A stretch of 64,000 nucleotides of DNA from Candidatus Helarchaeota archaeon (GCA_019058315.1 JAHPZH010000002.1:1165910-1229909), one strand, 5' to 3'; positions 30,523 through 41,574 are shown, counted from the first letter of the stretch. A program made the numbers and translations. The notes: a model not told the origin generated them from the sequence alone.

Positions 30523-32310
30523 TTATTTAATAAGATTAATGAAATCTTTATCATCCTTAATAAATTCGAATGCTTCTTCTTCCTTAGCTTTGTTTTTAAA
30601 TTCTGAATCTATTTGGATAGCTATTTTAAGAGCCTCTAATGCTTTATCTTCATTTTTTAACAAAGCATAGGTATATGCCATTTTAAACCATCTTCCAGCA
30701 CCTTTAGTATGATCTTTTAAAATTTCATTATGGATTTCAATGGCTTTATTCAAATATTGTTTTGATTCTTCATTTCTTCCAAGTAACGTAAGCATGTGTC
30801 CTGCATCACACCAAATATCAGGATCTAATGCTATATCAGTCTCATACTTTAAAACTTTGGCATAAAATTTAAAAGCTTCCTCATATTTACCTTCTTTTTC
30901 GTAGTCAAAAGCCTTATTTGCCCATTTCTCGCATACCCTTTCAAGATATACCTCTTCAATTTCCTTTCTTACACTTTTAAACCCATCTTCAGAATAAAAT
31001 TTCCAATTTCTCTCTTTGATTAATTTTTCTTTTTCCTCACTATTCATTAATGTTATAAAGCCGCCCCACTCAACCATGTCATACGGATCATATAAGTCAA
31101 AAAAATAACCTGAGTCTTGAATAATTTTGTTAATTTGATTGATAAATGAATAATCAAAATAATCTCCAAAATAATCTTGAGAAATTGTATGAATTTTTCC
31201 TTTGTATTTAAATGAAACTTCGATTGGTCCTTCCTTACTAAGCCATATCTCTTTAATATTTTCAAATTTCACGATATTTCGACCAATAGGATTGAGATCT
31301 TGAACAAACTCCTTGTACCGCTTAGCTTTTTCAAAAACTGCATAATCCAAATTCGCATCTCCCATCATTGGACAATTATAAACCCGATCTTTATCTAGAA
31401 ATAGTAAAGGTAAATCAGCTTCATTTCTATTTGGTGAAAACATCCAAGGAGAATCCTCCATGAGTTTGTAAATTTTATTAATAAAATCTTTCTTGGAGAA
31501 ATGTTTGTATTTCTCAAAAAATCCCATCCCTCTGAAAAAATCTACAGCTTTAGATAACCATTCACCAATTGGATCTCCTTTTTGTTTTGCGGCTAATTCG
31601 CCCATGAAAATCTGAGTTCCAATATCAAATGCATTTTCTGCTGGAATATATCCATTTTCATTTTTAATATATAAATCAGCTCCATTTTGAACCAAAAACT
31701 CAATTGTTTTAAAATGTTCATCTGGTTTCTCTTTACGTTGTAAAGTCCCTGCTGCATGATGAAGAGGTGTTGATTTATAATCATCTTGAGCATTAATTAA
31801 AGCACCCGCTTCAATCAGGATCTTAATTACTTCAAGATTTAAATTTAAGGCTGCTAAATGCAAAGGAGTACTTTTATAATCAGTGAGGGCATTAACATCA
31901 AATCCTGATTTTAATAAATATCTCACAAGCCATTCTGATCCGCCAATACATGCAATATGAAGTGCATTTCTTCCATCTGGTTTTTGATTTATATCTACTC
32001 CTTTTTCAATTAATAATTTTGCAATTTCCGTATATCCTTTTCTTGCGGCTATCAGGAGTGGTGTATATTTTTTATATGGGCTCCCAAATGATTGTTCTTT
32101 TGCTTCAATATCTACACCATATTCTAGTAATAGTTTAACAGATCGGAGATCATCATTAAAAATCGCACAATGCAATGGATTTTGCCCATGTTTATCAAAA
32201 ATATCGTCTACTTTTAAGCCAGTTTTCAAAATCTCCTCAATTTGTTTGTATTTTCTACCTTTTATTGCTTTAAATATTTTATGGTCTTTCATTTTTAACC
32301 CAAAGGACAA
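30523..32310 (-). CDS. Ankyrin-repeat + unknown central domain + TPR protein
   Basis: N-terminal TPLH/ALH ankyrins. C-terminal TPRs ending ALEALKIAIQIDSEFKNKAKEEEAF. Confidence 0.85.
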   Translation of the reverse strand: MSFGLKMKDHKIFKAIKGRKYKQIEEILKTGLKVDDIFDKHGQNPLHCAIFNDDLRSVKLLLEYGVDIEAKEQSFGSPYKKYTPLLIAARKGYTEIAKLLIEKGVDINQKPDGRNALHIACIGGSEWLVRYLLKSGFDVNALTDYKSTPLHLAALNLNLEVIKILIEAGALINAQDDYKSTPLHHAAGTLQRKEKPDEHFKTIEFLVQNGADLYIKNENGYIPAENAFDIGTQIFMGELAAKQKGDPIGEWLSKAVDFFRGMGFFEKYKHFSKKDFINKIYKLMEDSPWMFSPNRNEADLPLLFLDKDRVYNCPMMGDANLDYAVFEKAKRYKEFVQDLNPIGRNIVKFENIKEIWLSKEGPIEVSFKYKGKIHTISQDYFGDYFDYSFINQINKIIQDSGYFFDLYDPYDMVEWGGFITLMNSEEKEKLIKERNWKFYSEDGFKSVRKEIEEVYLERVCEKWANKAFDYEKEGKYEEAFKFYAKVLKYETDIALDPDIWCDAGHMLTLLGRNEESKQYLNKAIEIHNEILKDHTKGAGRWFKMAYTYALLKNEDKALEALKIAIQIDSEFKNKAKEEEAFEFIKDDKDFINLIK

Positions 32311-32475
32311 TTTAATAATAAATCTGTTCTATTTCAATAAGAAGTTGGAGATTCTTTCACTTTTTTTTATCTTTTAGTAATTTCTTTAATAATTTTTTGA
32401 TAAATACATATAATTTAATATTATATTACAGACTTAATAGATTACAATCATAAAGAATAAGGAGTGAGATAATTA

Positions 32476-33135
32476 ATGGATACAAAACTTAATAAAGAAA
32501 TTACTAGAAAAATCGGTCCTCATGGTCGAGTAAGACTTTCTAAACCTCGAATTCCTCCTATGAGCGATGAGGAATATAATAAAAAGTTAGACAAGTTTGT
32601 AGATGAATCCGTATGGACTAAAGAAGTACAATTTGTAGTAGACAAATTTAATTCATATAAGGGAATAATTATCAACGCTTTCAAGGCATTTATGGAGCAT
32701 TCCGAATTCTATTTACGTAGTGCAATGTTAGGACATCATATTATATCTCAATCATCACTACCAGAGCGGGATCGGGAGATACTGATACTTCGAATAGGTT
32801 GGTTATGTGGTGCAGAATATGTTTGGGCTCAGCATAAAATGATTGGTGCCATGAGTGGTCTTAGAATGAAGGAGATTCGACGTATTACAAAGGGGGCAGA
32901 TGCTGAAGGTTGGGATCCATTCAATGCAACTTTAATCCGTGCAGTGGATGAATTTTATAGAGATTGTTTTATTAGTGAGACTACATGGAAGGCTCTTACA
33001 GAACATTATAATAAACAACAAATCATCGATTTAATTATCACTGTTGGATGGTATAACTCAATGTGTATGCTCCTTAATACGCTAGGAGTCCAGCTGGATG
33101 ACGGTTTTACGGGTTTTCCTAAGGAAAAAAAATAA
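32476..33135 (+). CDS. Carboxymuconolactone decarboxylase (AhpD-like) family protein
   Basis: LPERDREILILR...AEYVWAQH; DLIITVGWYN. Confidence 0.8.
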   Translation: MDTKLNKEITRKIGPHGRVRLSKPRIPPMSDEEYNKKLDKFVDESVWTKEVQFVVDKFNSYKGIIINAFKAFMEHSEFYLRSAMLGHHIISQSSLPERDREILILRIGWLCGAEYVWAQHKMIGAMSGLRMKEIRRITKGADAEGWDPFNATLIRAVDEFYRDCFISETTWKALTEHYNKQQIIDLIITVGWYNSMCMLLNTLGVQLDDGFTGFPKEKK

Positions 33136-33256
33136 ATCTCAAAATATTTAATTATTCCTCTCTTAACCTTTCTTATTGTCCTCGAGATCCTTTTTATGAC
33201 TTTTTCATAAAGCAAGACATAACAAAAGTGGAAATTAATACTAAATTCGTTTTTTA

Positions 33257-33991
33257 TCAATATGTAGGAGGAGTTTCTTTTATTTTTTTCATTTTACTAG
33301 TTATTTTCTTAATAACTTTTTCATGAGATAAGACATAACCATATAATAATCCAAATGATTTTAAAGCTGCTTCGTGAATTTCGGGGGTCCATGCTGCACA
33401 ACAATCTTCCACAATAATGACTTGAAATCCATAATCAGAAGCTTCTCTTGCAGTCGAATGTACACAAAAGTTTGTTACTACTCCTGTTACAATAACTGTT
33501 TTAATCCCCATATTAATCAAGAAGCTATCAAGTCTTGTTGAGATGAATGTTCCACTTGTATTTTTTTGAAGCACTAAATCCTGATCTTTTGGTTTTAATT
33601 CATCAATAATATCCGAGCTGGGATGTGAGATAGGAGGAAATGTAACATCCCCAATAAGCTGTTTTGTATATTCATTGACGTCTCTAACCATTTTTGAAAG
33701 ATCACTTCCATTATTCATAAAACTAGCAAATTTCGTATAAATTACGGGAATATTAACTTCATGACAAAAATTAATCAAATTTTTTAGATTTGGTGTAACT
33801 AATTTTTCTACTCTATCTACAAAATAATCTAATATTCCTGGTGTAATGGTATTCATAGCTTTATAAGTAGTCCAATCTTTTCTTACTTGGTATTTTTGCA
33901 TATCAATAACTATTAAAGCTGTTTCTTCTGGTCTTATTTTTTCCATTAGGGATTTGCGAAATTTAATGAATTTATTGATTTTTTCTTCCAT
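33257..33991 (-). CDS. Isochorismatase-family cysteine hydrolase
   Basis: IDMQ, K, GVVTNFCVHST triad. Confidence 0.9.
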   Translation of the reverse strand: MEEKINKFIKFRKSLMEKIRPEETALIVIDMQKYQVRKDWTTYKAMNTITPGILDYFVDRVEKLVTPNLKNLINFCHEVNIPVIYTKFASFMNNGSDLSKMVRDVNEYTKQLIGDVTFPPISHPSSDIIDELKPKDQDLVLQKNTSGTFISTRLDSFLINMGIKTVIVTGVVTNFCVHSTAREASDYGFQVIIVEDCCAAWTPEIHEAALKSFGLLYGYVLSHEKVIKKITSKMKKIKETPPTY

Positions 33992-34088
33992 ATAATCACA
34001 ATCTTTTAAACTTGTTTAGAAATAATTAATCTAATATTTATCTAATTTGTTTATTATTTTTCTAAAAAGAATTAAAGGAAAATATGAG

Positions 34089-34427
34089 ATGAATAAAAAG
34101 GATAAATTAAAATACGATTTAGAAGAAGAAATTTCAAATAGTAAGAGATTACGAGTTTTTCGTCGTAAGGGGAAGGAATTAGTTGAAAAAGGACTAATGA
34201 GTCAAGAAGAGTATCAAAAAAAATTAAATAATATATTGGTAGAAGAAGCAGAACGAAGAAAAATCCTCGAAATTCTAAAGGAGGGGCAATCTACAATTAG
34301 TAAAATTTCAGATATTACAGGAATCAACTCTCAAAGAATAGTACAACATATTATTGCATTAATGAAAAATAGAAAAATAATAATCGTAGATGATAATGAG
34401 GAAGAATATATATATGGAATAACTTAA
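34089..34427 (+). CDS. Small winged-helix (ArsR-like) domain protein
   Basis: ILEILKEGQSTISKISDITGI..IVQHIIALMK. Start reassigned to ATG 34089. Confidence 0.6.
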   Translation: MNKKDKLKYDLEEEISNSKRLRVFRRKGKELVEKGLMSQEEYQKKLNNILVEEAERRKILEILKEGQSTISKISDITGINSQRIVQHIIALMKNRKIIIVDDNEEEYIYGIT

Positions 34428-34565
34428 AAATAAAAAAATTATTAATTTTTAAACAGTTTAAACTTAAAATCACTTATTATTGTCTTTAATATTACTTTTT
34501 GAATTAATATTTTATACCTAATTCGTATTATAAATTTACTAAATACAGTATTAGAGGGATTTCTT

Positions 34566-35765
34566 TTGTATTTGCTAAATTACCGAATCACACATCATTC
34601 AGCCAAAATTAACGAATTAGAATGCACCAGATTCAATGATTTTGATGGATTTTATGACGCTTTTTATAAAAACTCAAACATTATAGAAAGTCTAATATTA
34701 CAAACATGCAATAGAAACGAATTTTATTTCATTGTAAAGGACCTATCTAAAGCTATATACCAAATAGATCAAAAAATTCAATTGGCTGACAAGTTTGAAA
34801 AAGATTCTGGACTTTCAGTTTTAGAACATCTTTTCCAGGTTGCCGCAGGAATTGATTCTTTAGTTATTGGAGAAGATCAAATATTAAGTCAAATTAAAGA
34901 TTCTTTTAAAATTGCTCAAGAAAAGCAAGCAGTTGGTCCAGTTTTAAGCCACATTTTTCAAAAAGCAATGTCAATTGGCAAAAAGGTTCGTCATCAAACC
35001 GAAATAAATAAGGGTGCAGTTTCAATTGGTTCAATTGCGGTAGATTATTGTAAAAAAATCTTCGGAACAATTCAGAACCAAGTTATAACTGTCATTGGTG
35101 CGGGTAAAATTGCGACTTTAGTAGCTAAATCTTTATTGAGGCATAAAATAAAAGCTACATTTGTTTCTAATAGAACTTACTCAAGAGCTATTAGGTTAGC
35201 GAAAGAACTGGGTGGTCAAGCATTAAGGCTTGATGAGTTAAATAAAGCACTTAAAATATCAGATATTGTTATTCTTGCAACTTCAGCTCCACACCCAATA
35301 TTAACAAAAATTAGACTGAAAAACATAATGAAAACACGCAATGGAAAAGAATTAGTGATAATTGATATTTCTGTTCCCCGTAATATTGAAAATGGTCTTG
35401 AGATTAAAAATCTAAAAGTATACGATATTGATGAACTTAAATCACTTTCTGAAATAAATCGTCAAAAACGTTTACAAGCAATAAATGAAGCAAAAGAAAT
35501 TATTAAAAATACTCTTGAAATCGAAGAACGTTATTTTAGGCAACAATTTATAAAACCTCTCATTGCTTCAATATATAGCAACGCTGAAGAAATTCGGAAA
35601 AAAGAACTTGAGAAATTAATTAAAATATTAAAGAATCCAAGCTCAAACGATATTCAGAACCTTGATAATTTTTCTCGTGCATTAGTGAATAAAATTTTTG
35701 CAGATTTTTCATCATCAATTAAAACAGCAGCAGAAAGTTCGTTAATCTCTTCATTCATTATATAA
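34566..35765 (+). CDS. hemA: Glutamyl-tRNA reductase
   Basis: QTCNRNE, AAGIDSLVIGEDQILSQ, GAGKIA, DISVPRN. Confidence 0.93.
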   Translation: MYLLNYRITHHSAKINELECTRFNDFDGFYDAFYKNSNIIESLILQTCNRNEFYFIVKDLSKAIYQIDQKIQLADKFEKDSGLSVLEHLFQVAAGIDSLVIGEDQILSQIKDSFKIAQEKQAVGPVLSHIFQKAMSIGKKVRHQTEINKGAVSIGSIAVDYCKKIFGTIQNQVITVIGAGKIATLVAKSLLRHKIKATFVSNRTYSRAIRLAKELGGQALRLDELNKALKISDIVILATSAPHPILTKIRLKNIMKTRNGKELVIIDISVPRNIENGLEIKNLKVYDIDELKSLSEINRQKRLQAINEAKEIIKNTLEIEERYFRQQFIKPLIASIYSNAEEIRKKELEKLIKILKNPSSNDIQNLDNFSRALVNKIFADFSSSIKTAAESSLISSFII

Positions 35766-35788
35766 CTCAAAATAGTGAATTCTTTTCT

Positions 35789-36208
35789 TTAACGCTTAAT
35801 TTCTTGAAAAATCCTTGTAACTTCATCTTTTAAAATCTCGATAAATTCCAAATTTAATCTTTGATCCTTATGTTTTTTATAAAAATCATCAATTTTTTGA
35901 AGAATTAAACCCTTATATATTTCAATTTCAATTGTAATATCCCATGTTGTACTGGCTAAAGTTTCTGTAATTAGAACTAATCTACTTATTATGTCTTTAT
36001 AACTTGAAGCGTGTTCTTCTCGAATTGTATTTATCAAATTTTCAATTTTTAAATTCGCTCTAGGTCTTGTTCCTGCCATATCTTCTTCAATTAATCGTCT
36101 AATTACTACTGATAGAGGTTCTCCGTATTTATTTTTTGCAAATTTTTGCCATCGTTCCCTTTCTTTTTCGTCTTTCATTTTCATTGTAAATAAAACTGGC
36201 TTTTTCAA
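35789..36208 (-). CDS. Hypothetical protein, possible N-terminal ribbon-helix-helix
   Basis: LFTMKM...WQKFAK..LSVVIRRLI pattern. Confidence 0.45.
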   Translation of the reverse strand: MKKPVLFTMKMKDEKERERWQKFAKNKYGEPLSVVIRRLIEEDMAGTRPRANLKIENLINTIREEHASSYKDIISRLVLITETLASTTWDITIEIEIYKGLILQKIDDFYKKHKDQRLNLEFIEILKDEVTRIFQEIKR

Positions 36209-36353
36209 TTAAATACGCCTGAATTTTAAAGTTATATGTAATAAAATTTTAAAATATTTTAATTTATTCAAAATCCTCTATATCTATTAGAATTTAATTC
36301 TAATTAATAAAAGAATAAATAAGATAAAAAAAGTAAAAAAAATAAAAGAGCTA

Positions 36354-36851
36354 TTATTTGATTTCTATTTTAGGTTTAATTGGTGTAGCGCCGCCCATAT
36401 TTGTTATTATTGGACAGTGAGAAAGGACTTTCTCCATCATTTCTTCGACCTTTTCTTTTGGTGCATCTGCCTTGATTCTTATTATAGGTTCAAGTTTATC
36501 ATATCCTGGAAGCATATTTTCGTCAATACCAAAAATAGCCCCAAGATTTATATGTCCTCTAGAGTAGACAGTCAATTTTTCGATTTTAATATCCATAATT
36601 TTCGCCCAAAATTTAGTCACCGCGACTATACATGCACCAACAGCTGTGAGAATTATTAACAATGGGGAAGGTCCTTCATTAGTTCCGTCCAATCCTGGAG
36701 GAGCATCAATTAATACTTTAAAGGGCTTTGCTCCCATTGTACATTCCACTTGCATACCCTCAGGTAGCATTTCACAGACGACATTGAAATTTTTTTCACC
36801 ATTATTAATGTCTGCCTTAATAGCATCATATGTTTCTTTAAAACCTGGCAT
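36354..36851 (-). CDS. OsmC/Ohr-family protein
   Basis: DAPPGLDGTNEGPSP..GAC...HCP. Start reassigned to ATG 36851. Confidence 0.88.
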   Translation of the reverse strand: MPGFKETYDAIKADINNGEKNFNVVCEMLPEGMQVECTMGAKPFKVLIDAPPGLDGTNEGPSPLLIILTAVGACIVAVTKFWAKIMDIKIEKLTVYSRGHINLGAIFGIDENMLPGYDKLEPIIRIKADAPKEKVEEMMEKVLSHCPIITNMGGATPIKPKIEIK

Positions 36852-37109
36852 TTTAATCACTGAAATTTTTTTTATTGAGATAAGAAACATTGATGTAAAT
36901 TATTTAAAAAGATTACATTTTGAAACTATTATATAACTTTTTATTTATATTTTCAAATAAAAATTAAAATTAAGTTTTAAGTTCGAACCGTTTTAATTAA
37001 TTTTTATTTTGAATAAAATGTGGAAAAATTTAGGGGTAAGAGATATAAATTAAATTATTTTATATTATTGAAAATTATTTAGCAAATTGAGAGTATATGA
37101 GGATTAAAT

Positions 37110-38234
37110 ATGGTAAAAAATTGGAGACTGCTTGATCTTGGTGATATAGACTCACTGGATAGCCAAACTGTTTATGAAGCTGTAGCTATCGCTCGAAGCA
37201 AAGATTTAATTCCAGATACAATAATTTTTTGTAGCCCAAATTCACCAATTGTCTGTATAGGGTACCATCAAGAATTAGAAAAAGAAGTCAATTTAAAATA
37301 TTGCTTAAAAAATAATATTCCTGTCGTTCGCAGAATTCTAGGAGGTGGAGCTGTTTATCTAGATTCAAATCAACTTTTTTATCAGATTATTGTAAGTGAA
37401 AAAAATAAACAAATTCCAATAGGTATTAACAATTTATTTTTAACTTTATTAAAAGCTCCAATTCAAACTTACAATGATATTGGAATTCCTGCAGTTTTTA
37501 AGCCAATTAATGACATCGAAGTTCAGTCTAAAAAAATAAGTGGAAATGGGGCAGGTAAATTAGAAAATGTAAGTATTTTGACCGGAAATTTGATATTAGA
37601 TTTTAATTTTGATGAAATGGTTAAAATATTAAATGTCCCCAATGAAAAATTTAGAGATAAATTAGCTCAAAGTCTTAAAGAGAGATTAACAACTATAAAA
37701 AATGAAATTAAAACGATCCCAACTAAAAAAGTATTAAAAAAATCACTTAAAACTAATTTTGAAAAGAAGTTAGATATTATACTAGAGCCTGGAGAACTAA
37801 CGGATACAGAAAAACAATATATGAGAAATTTAAGAGAAAAATATACTTCAGAAAAATGGTTATATGGTCCTAAACTTCGTCATGCAGGTTTATTAGAAAA
37901 TTTCAATAAATTTACAAAAATTGAAAGAACAGTAAAAATTTCAAGCTCTGTGTACTTAGGTGAGGCGGTTTATAAATCTTCAGGCGGATTAATAAGAGTT
38001 ACCTTAGAAATTGAAAATGATTTCATTAAAGATATTCTAATATCTGGAGATTTTTGGTTATTTCCTACTTCAAAATTGTTTGATTTAGAGAAAGAATTAA
38101 TAGGAGTAAGAATTCGCAAAGAAGATCTAAAAGAGGTTTTAAATTCATTTTTCAAGCAAAATAAAATTCAATCTCCTGGAACAACAGTTGAGGACTTTGT
38201 TAAAACAATAATAATGGTTAAAGAAAACATATAA
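37110..38234 (+). CDS. lplA: Lipoate-protein ligase A
   Basis: RRILGGGAVY, NDIEV..KKISGNG, C-terminal ISGDF domain. Confidence 0.88.
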   Translation: MVKNWRLLDLGDIDSLDSQTVYEAVAIARSKDLIPDTIIFCSPNSPIVCIGYHQELEKEVNLKYCLKNNIPVVRRILGGGAVYLDSNQLFYQIIVSEKNKQIPIGINNLFLTLLKAPIQTYNDIGIPAVFKPINDIEVQSKKISGNGAGKLENVSILTGNLILDFNFDEMVKILNVPNEKFRDKLAQSLKERLTTIKNEIKTIPTKKVLKKSLKTNFEKKLDIILEPGELTDTEKQYMRNLREKYTSEKWLYGPKLRHAGLLENFNKFTKIERTVKISSSVYLGEAVYKSSGGLIRVTLEIENDFIKDILISGDFWLFPTSKLFDLEKELIGVRIRKEDLKEVLNSFFKQNKIQSPGTTVEDFVKTIIMVKENI

Positions 38235-38400
38235 TCAAACTTTTCATGTAAAAAAATAAATTATATTTCTATTAGTTATTATTTTCTTTTTAATCAATGT
38301 CAGAATTCAATTCTTTAAAGGTTAATAAAATACCTCAATAAACATTTAAGTCATTAAAATAGTGGTTAAATAGTGGAAATTAGTTTTGAGTTGATTTTAT

Positions 38401-38802
38401 ATGAGTGGCTTCTATTATAAAGTGGCTGCAAGAATTATGATGGCAATTATGGCATATGCTACTGAAGAAATTGCCAATGTAGATTCAGATTTTCAAAATT
38501 TGATCAAAAATGAAAATCTAATTGTTCAATGGGCGGTAAATAAAGATGGACCTGCTTCTTATTTCCAAATTGAAAATGGTAAATTTAATGCTATTCGTGA
38601 TCAAAGGCATCCTAAACCAGATATTACGATTTTAATCAAGGATGGAAAAACTGCAATAAAAGTCTTAAGAGGGTCTCCTGAAATTTTACAGGAACAAGTA
38701 GATGCAGGTAATGTAACAGTGAACGGAGATGAAGAAAAAATTGAACAATTAAAACCTATTTTAAACATTATACAAGAATATTTAAAGGATTTGAGGGAAT
38801 AA
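38401..38802 (+). CDS. SCP2 (sterol carrier/lipid-binding) domain protein
   Basis: QIENGKF..PDITI..GNVTVNGD SCP2 pattern. Confidence 0.7.
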   Translation: MSGFYYKVAARIMMAIMAYATEEIANVDSDFQNLIKNENLIVQWAVNKDGPASYFQIENGKFNAIRDQRHPKPDITILIKDGKTAIKVLRGSPEILQEQVDAGNVTVNGDEEKIEQLKPILNIIQEYLKDLRE

Positions 38803-38803
38803 T

Positions 38804-39208
38804 ATGAGCGAAATATCAAAAAAAGATTTAATACAAGTGAAAACTTTATTATATTCCACTATTGTTTCTCTCGAGATCATTTCAGAAGAAGACGAAATGG
38901 TTCAAGGAGAATTCGGGGACATAGAAGCGGTTATACAATGGAAAATCGGAGATGTGGCTGCAGGATATATGGAAGTAAAGGATTCCAAAGTTAAAGCTCA
39001 TATGGATAAAGTTCACCCTGATCCTACAGTAATTATTACATTCACAGATCCTATAACTGCAAGAACTATTTTAAATGGCAGAGCTGATGCAACAAAGATG
39101 TTCATGAAAGGAAAATTATTAGTTGAAGGAGATACTAAAAAAGCAATGAAACTTTTGTCAGTAAATGAGCTTGTTGAAGATTACATTATGATTTTAACAA
39201 AAAAATAA
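38804..39208 (+). CDS. SCP2 domain protein
   Basis: LNGRADATKMFMKGKLLVEGD..AMKL. Confidence 0.8.
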   Translation: MSEISKKDLIQVKTLLYSTIVSLEIISEEDEMVQGEFGDIEAVIQWKIGDVAAGYMEVKDSKVKAHMDKVHPDPTVIITFTDPITARTILNGRADATKMFMKGKLLVEGDTKKAMKLLSVNELVEDYIMILTKK

Positions 39209-39229
39209 ATTAATTTTAAGAAATAGGTT

Positions 39230-39973
39230 TTAAGGCACGTTATAATAGGGTGCTTTTTTCATAAATCCAAGAACCATAATTGAAAAACCTGCCAACCAAA
39301 TTATCATAGCTGGCCAAGTCGCATCTGTATAAATTCCAGCTAGTCTAGTGCCCATTTGCCCGAGAAATGAGTGAATAAAATGTGCTATTAGAATTGTTGC
39401 CATACCCAAGCCAATTAGTAGAGGGTATATGTTTGGAAGTCTCTTATGGTAATGACAAAAGAAAAACGTAACAACGAACAAAAGATACATTGGTAGACCG
39501 ATAATGACTAGTAATATGTCCATTAACACGATATTAATAAATGCTGCTATAAGAATTGCAATTTCAGTGAAAACAATCCACCCTAAAACACTGAAAAAAA
39601 TCCCTTTTTTATGGGTTGGAAACCAAACAGCAAGTAGTATTGCAAAATTTAAACCATAAACTACCGTATTCAAATTTAAATCTATTAAATACGCAATTTG
39701 TCCGATAGGACTTTCAATTGACACAGCAGGATAAAATGCTACAAAAAATAATTCAATTGGCGTATAAACACACATTATAATCAATACGAGGGCAAAAATA
39801 AATGGCAAATCGGTATAATATTTTACTTTACCTTTAAACCATTGTCGAAGAAGTATAATTGCACCTATTGGATATAATATTAACCTTCCTATCAATAATA
39901 AAGTTACGAGAAATTGTCCAGTGCTTATCATGAAATCCCACATTTGAATTTTAATGGATCTTTTCAATTTCAA
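39230..39973 (-). CDS. 7-TM membrane protein of unknown function
   Basis: Seven hydrophobic segments. Confidence 0.6.
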   Translation of the reverse strand: MKLKRSIKIQMWDFMISTGQFLVTLLLIGRLILYPIGAIILLRQWFKGKVKYYTDLPFIFALVLIIMCVYTPIELFFVAFYPAVSIESPIGQIAYLIDLNLNTVVYGLNFAILLAVWFPTHKKGIFFSVLGWIVFTEIAILIAAFINIVLMDILLVIIGLPMYLLFVVTFFFCHYHKRLPNIYPLLIGLGMATILIAHFIHSFLGQMGTRLAGIYTDATWPAMIIWLAGFSIMVLGFMKKAPYYNVP

Positions 39974-40245
39974 TATTTAAAGTAATCAAATTAACGAAAA
40001 ATAAAATTAATATATACCAATTTCATTTTAGAATTTTAATAATATTAGCGTAATAGTAAAAATATCTTGGAATTTATAATAAAAAAATGATAAAAATATT
40101 AATCTATGATTCTAAAATCTAAAAATTCGAAATAATTGATGAATATGGAAATTAAAAAAAACAAGTATATACTAATCTAAAAATTTAAATTTGTATCTTT
40201 TATCGTATAGATAAGTTAAACTAATACCAATAAGATGAGAAAAAA

Positions 40246-41562
40246 ATGTCAAGAGAAATTAAAATTGAACCAGTTACCCGTTTGGAAGGTCACGGAAACG
40301 TTACACTTAAACTCGGACCTGGTGATAAAGTTGAAGACGTTCAATTTAATATCACATCAACAAGATTCTTTGAAAAATTCTTAGAAGGCCGACCCGCTGA
40401 ACATGCTCCTCGAATTGTTCCTCGAATTTGTGGTATTTGTCCAATTCCACACCATCTTTCGAGTGTAAAGGCAGTAGAAGCAGCATGGGGTATCACTCCT
40501 CCAAGACCTGCGGATAAATTAAGAGAACTCGAGATCAATGGTAAACAACTTTCAAGTCACGTTCTTCATATAGCTGCATTACAACTACCAGACTTACTTG
40601 CAGGACCGTTAGCTCCTCCCGAAAAAAGAAATGTCGTTGCTGTTATCAATGCTCTACCAGATATAGGAAAGGCAGTTTTAAGAGCAATGAGATATGGTCA
40701 AGATATTTGCGCAATTGTGGGAGGAAAATCAGTTCATCCTGTAACTGGAATTCCTGGAGGTATGACAAAGCCTTTAGCAGAAGATGACAGACAAAAACTA
40801 TTAAAGCAACTCCCAGAGATTGTAGAGATCGGTAAAACCTTAGTTGAGGTTGGAAGCAAACTTGTTAACGACTATATGCTGGTTATAAAGAATTTTGCAG
40901 TCACCCCAACATATTATATCGGAACTGTTAAACCTGATGGTGGTTTAACTATTTGGGACGGAAACATTCGCATAATGGACAAGGAAGGAAAGATTGCAGC
41001 AGAATTTCCAGCGAAAGATTATTTAAATTATTTTGGAGAATATGTTGCTCCTCATTCTATGGCTACACACATGTATCTTAAACAGGCGGGATATCCTGAA
41101 GGAATTTGGCGAGCTAATACTTTAGCACGAGTTAATGTGGCAGATAAAATGCAAACTCCATGGGCACAAGAGCTTTTTGAAGCTTTTAGAAGTACAGTTG
41201 GGCGACCTTGTCATATGACATTTGCTTATATCTGGGCAAGACTTATTGAGACTATCCAAGCTGTGGAAAAGATAAAAACATTGTTGGAAGATCCTGAGAT
41301 TGTATCAACAGATGTAAAATTAGCAGATGTTGAACCGAAAGCTGGTAATGGTGTAGGACAAACAGAAGCTCCAAGAGGTAATCTAATACACAATTATTGG
41401 ACAGATGATAACGGAATTATAACTAAAGCAAACCTTGTAGTGGCAACAAACAATAACATTGGTGGCATTGAATTAACCATAAAAACTGCAGCAAAGCAAA
41501 TTTTCGAAGATAAAATTGTTGAGTCAATAGCTGACAAATTACCCGAACCAATGATTAAGTAA
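40246..41562 (+). CDS. vhuA: Group 3c [NiFe(Se)] hydrogenase large subunit lacking the C-terminal L2 motif
   Basis: IEPVTRLEGHG, L1 RICGICPIPH, EAPRG. No DPCxxC before the stop. Confidence 0.92.
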   Translation: MSREIKIEPVTRLEGHGNVTLKLGPGDKVEDVQFNITSTRFFEKFLEGRPAEHAPRIVPRICGICPIPHHLSSVKAVEAAWGITPPRPADKLRELEINGKQLSSHVLHIAALQLPDLLAGPLAPPEKRNVVAVINALPDIGKAVLRAMRYGQDICAIVGGKSVHPVTGIPGGMTKPLAEDDRQKLLKQLPEIVEIGKTLVEVGSKLVNDYMLVIKNFAVTPTYYIGTVKPDGGLTIWDGNIRIMDKEGKIAAEFPAKDYLNYFGEYVAPHSMATHMYLKQAGYPEGIWRANTLARVNVADKMQTPWAQELFEAFRSTVGRPCHMTFAYIWARLIETIQAVEKIKTLLEDPEIVSTDVKLADVEPKAGNGVGQTEAPRGNLIHNYWTDDNGIITKANLVVATNNNIGGIELTIKTAAKQIFEDKIVESIADKLPEPMIK

Positions 41563-41574
41563 AAGGTGTAAATC

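Noticed and set aside
40246-41562. vhuA as a truncated pseudogene
   Set aside because: The missing L2 motif is encoded in the next ORF, a known split architecture.
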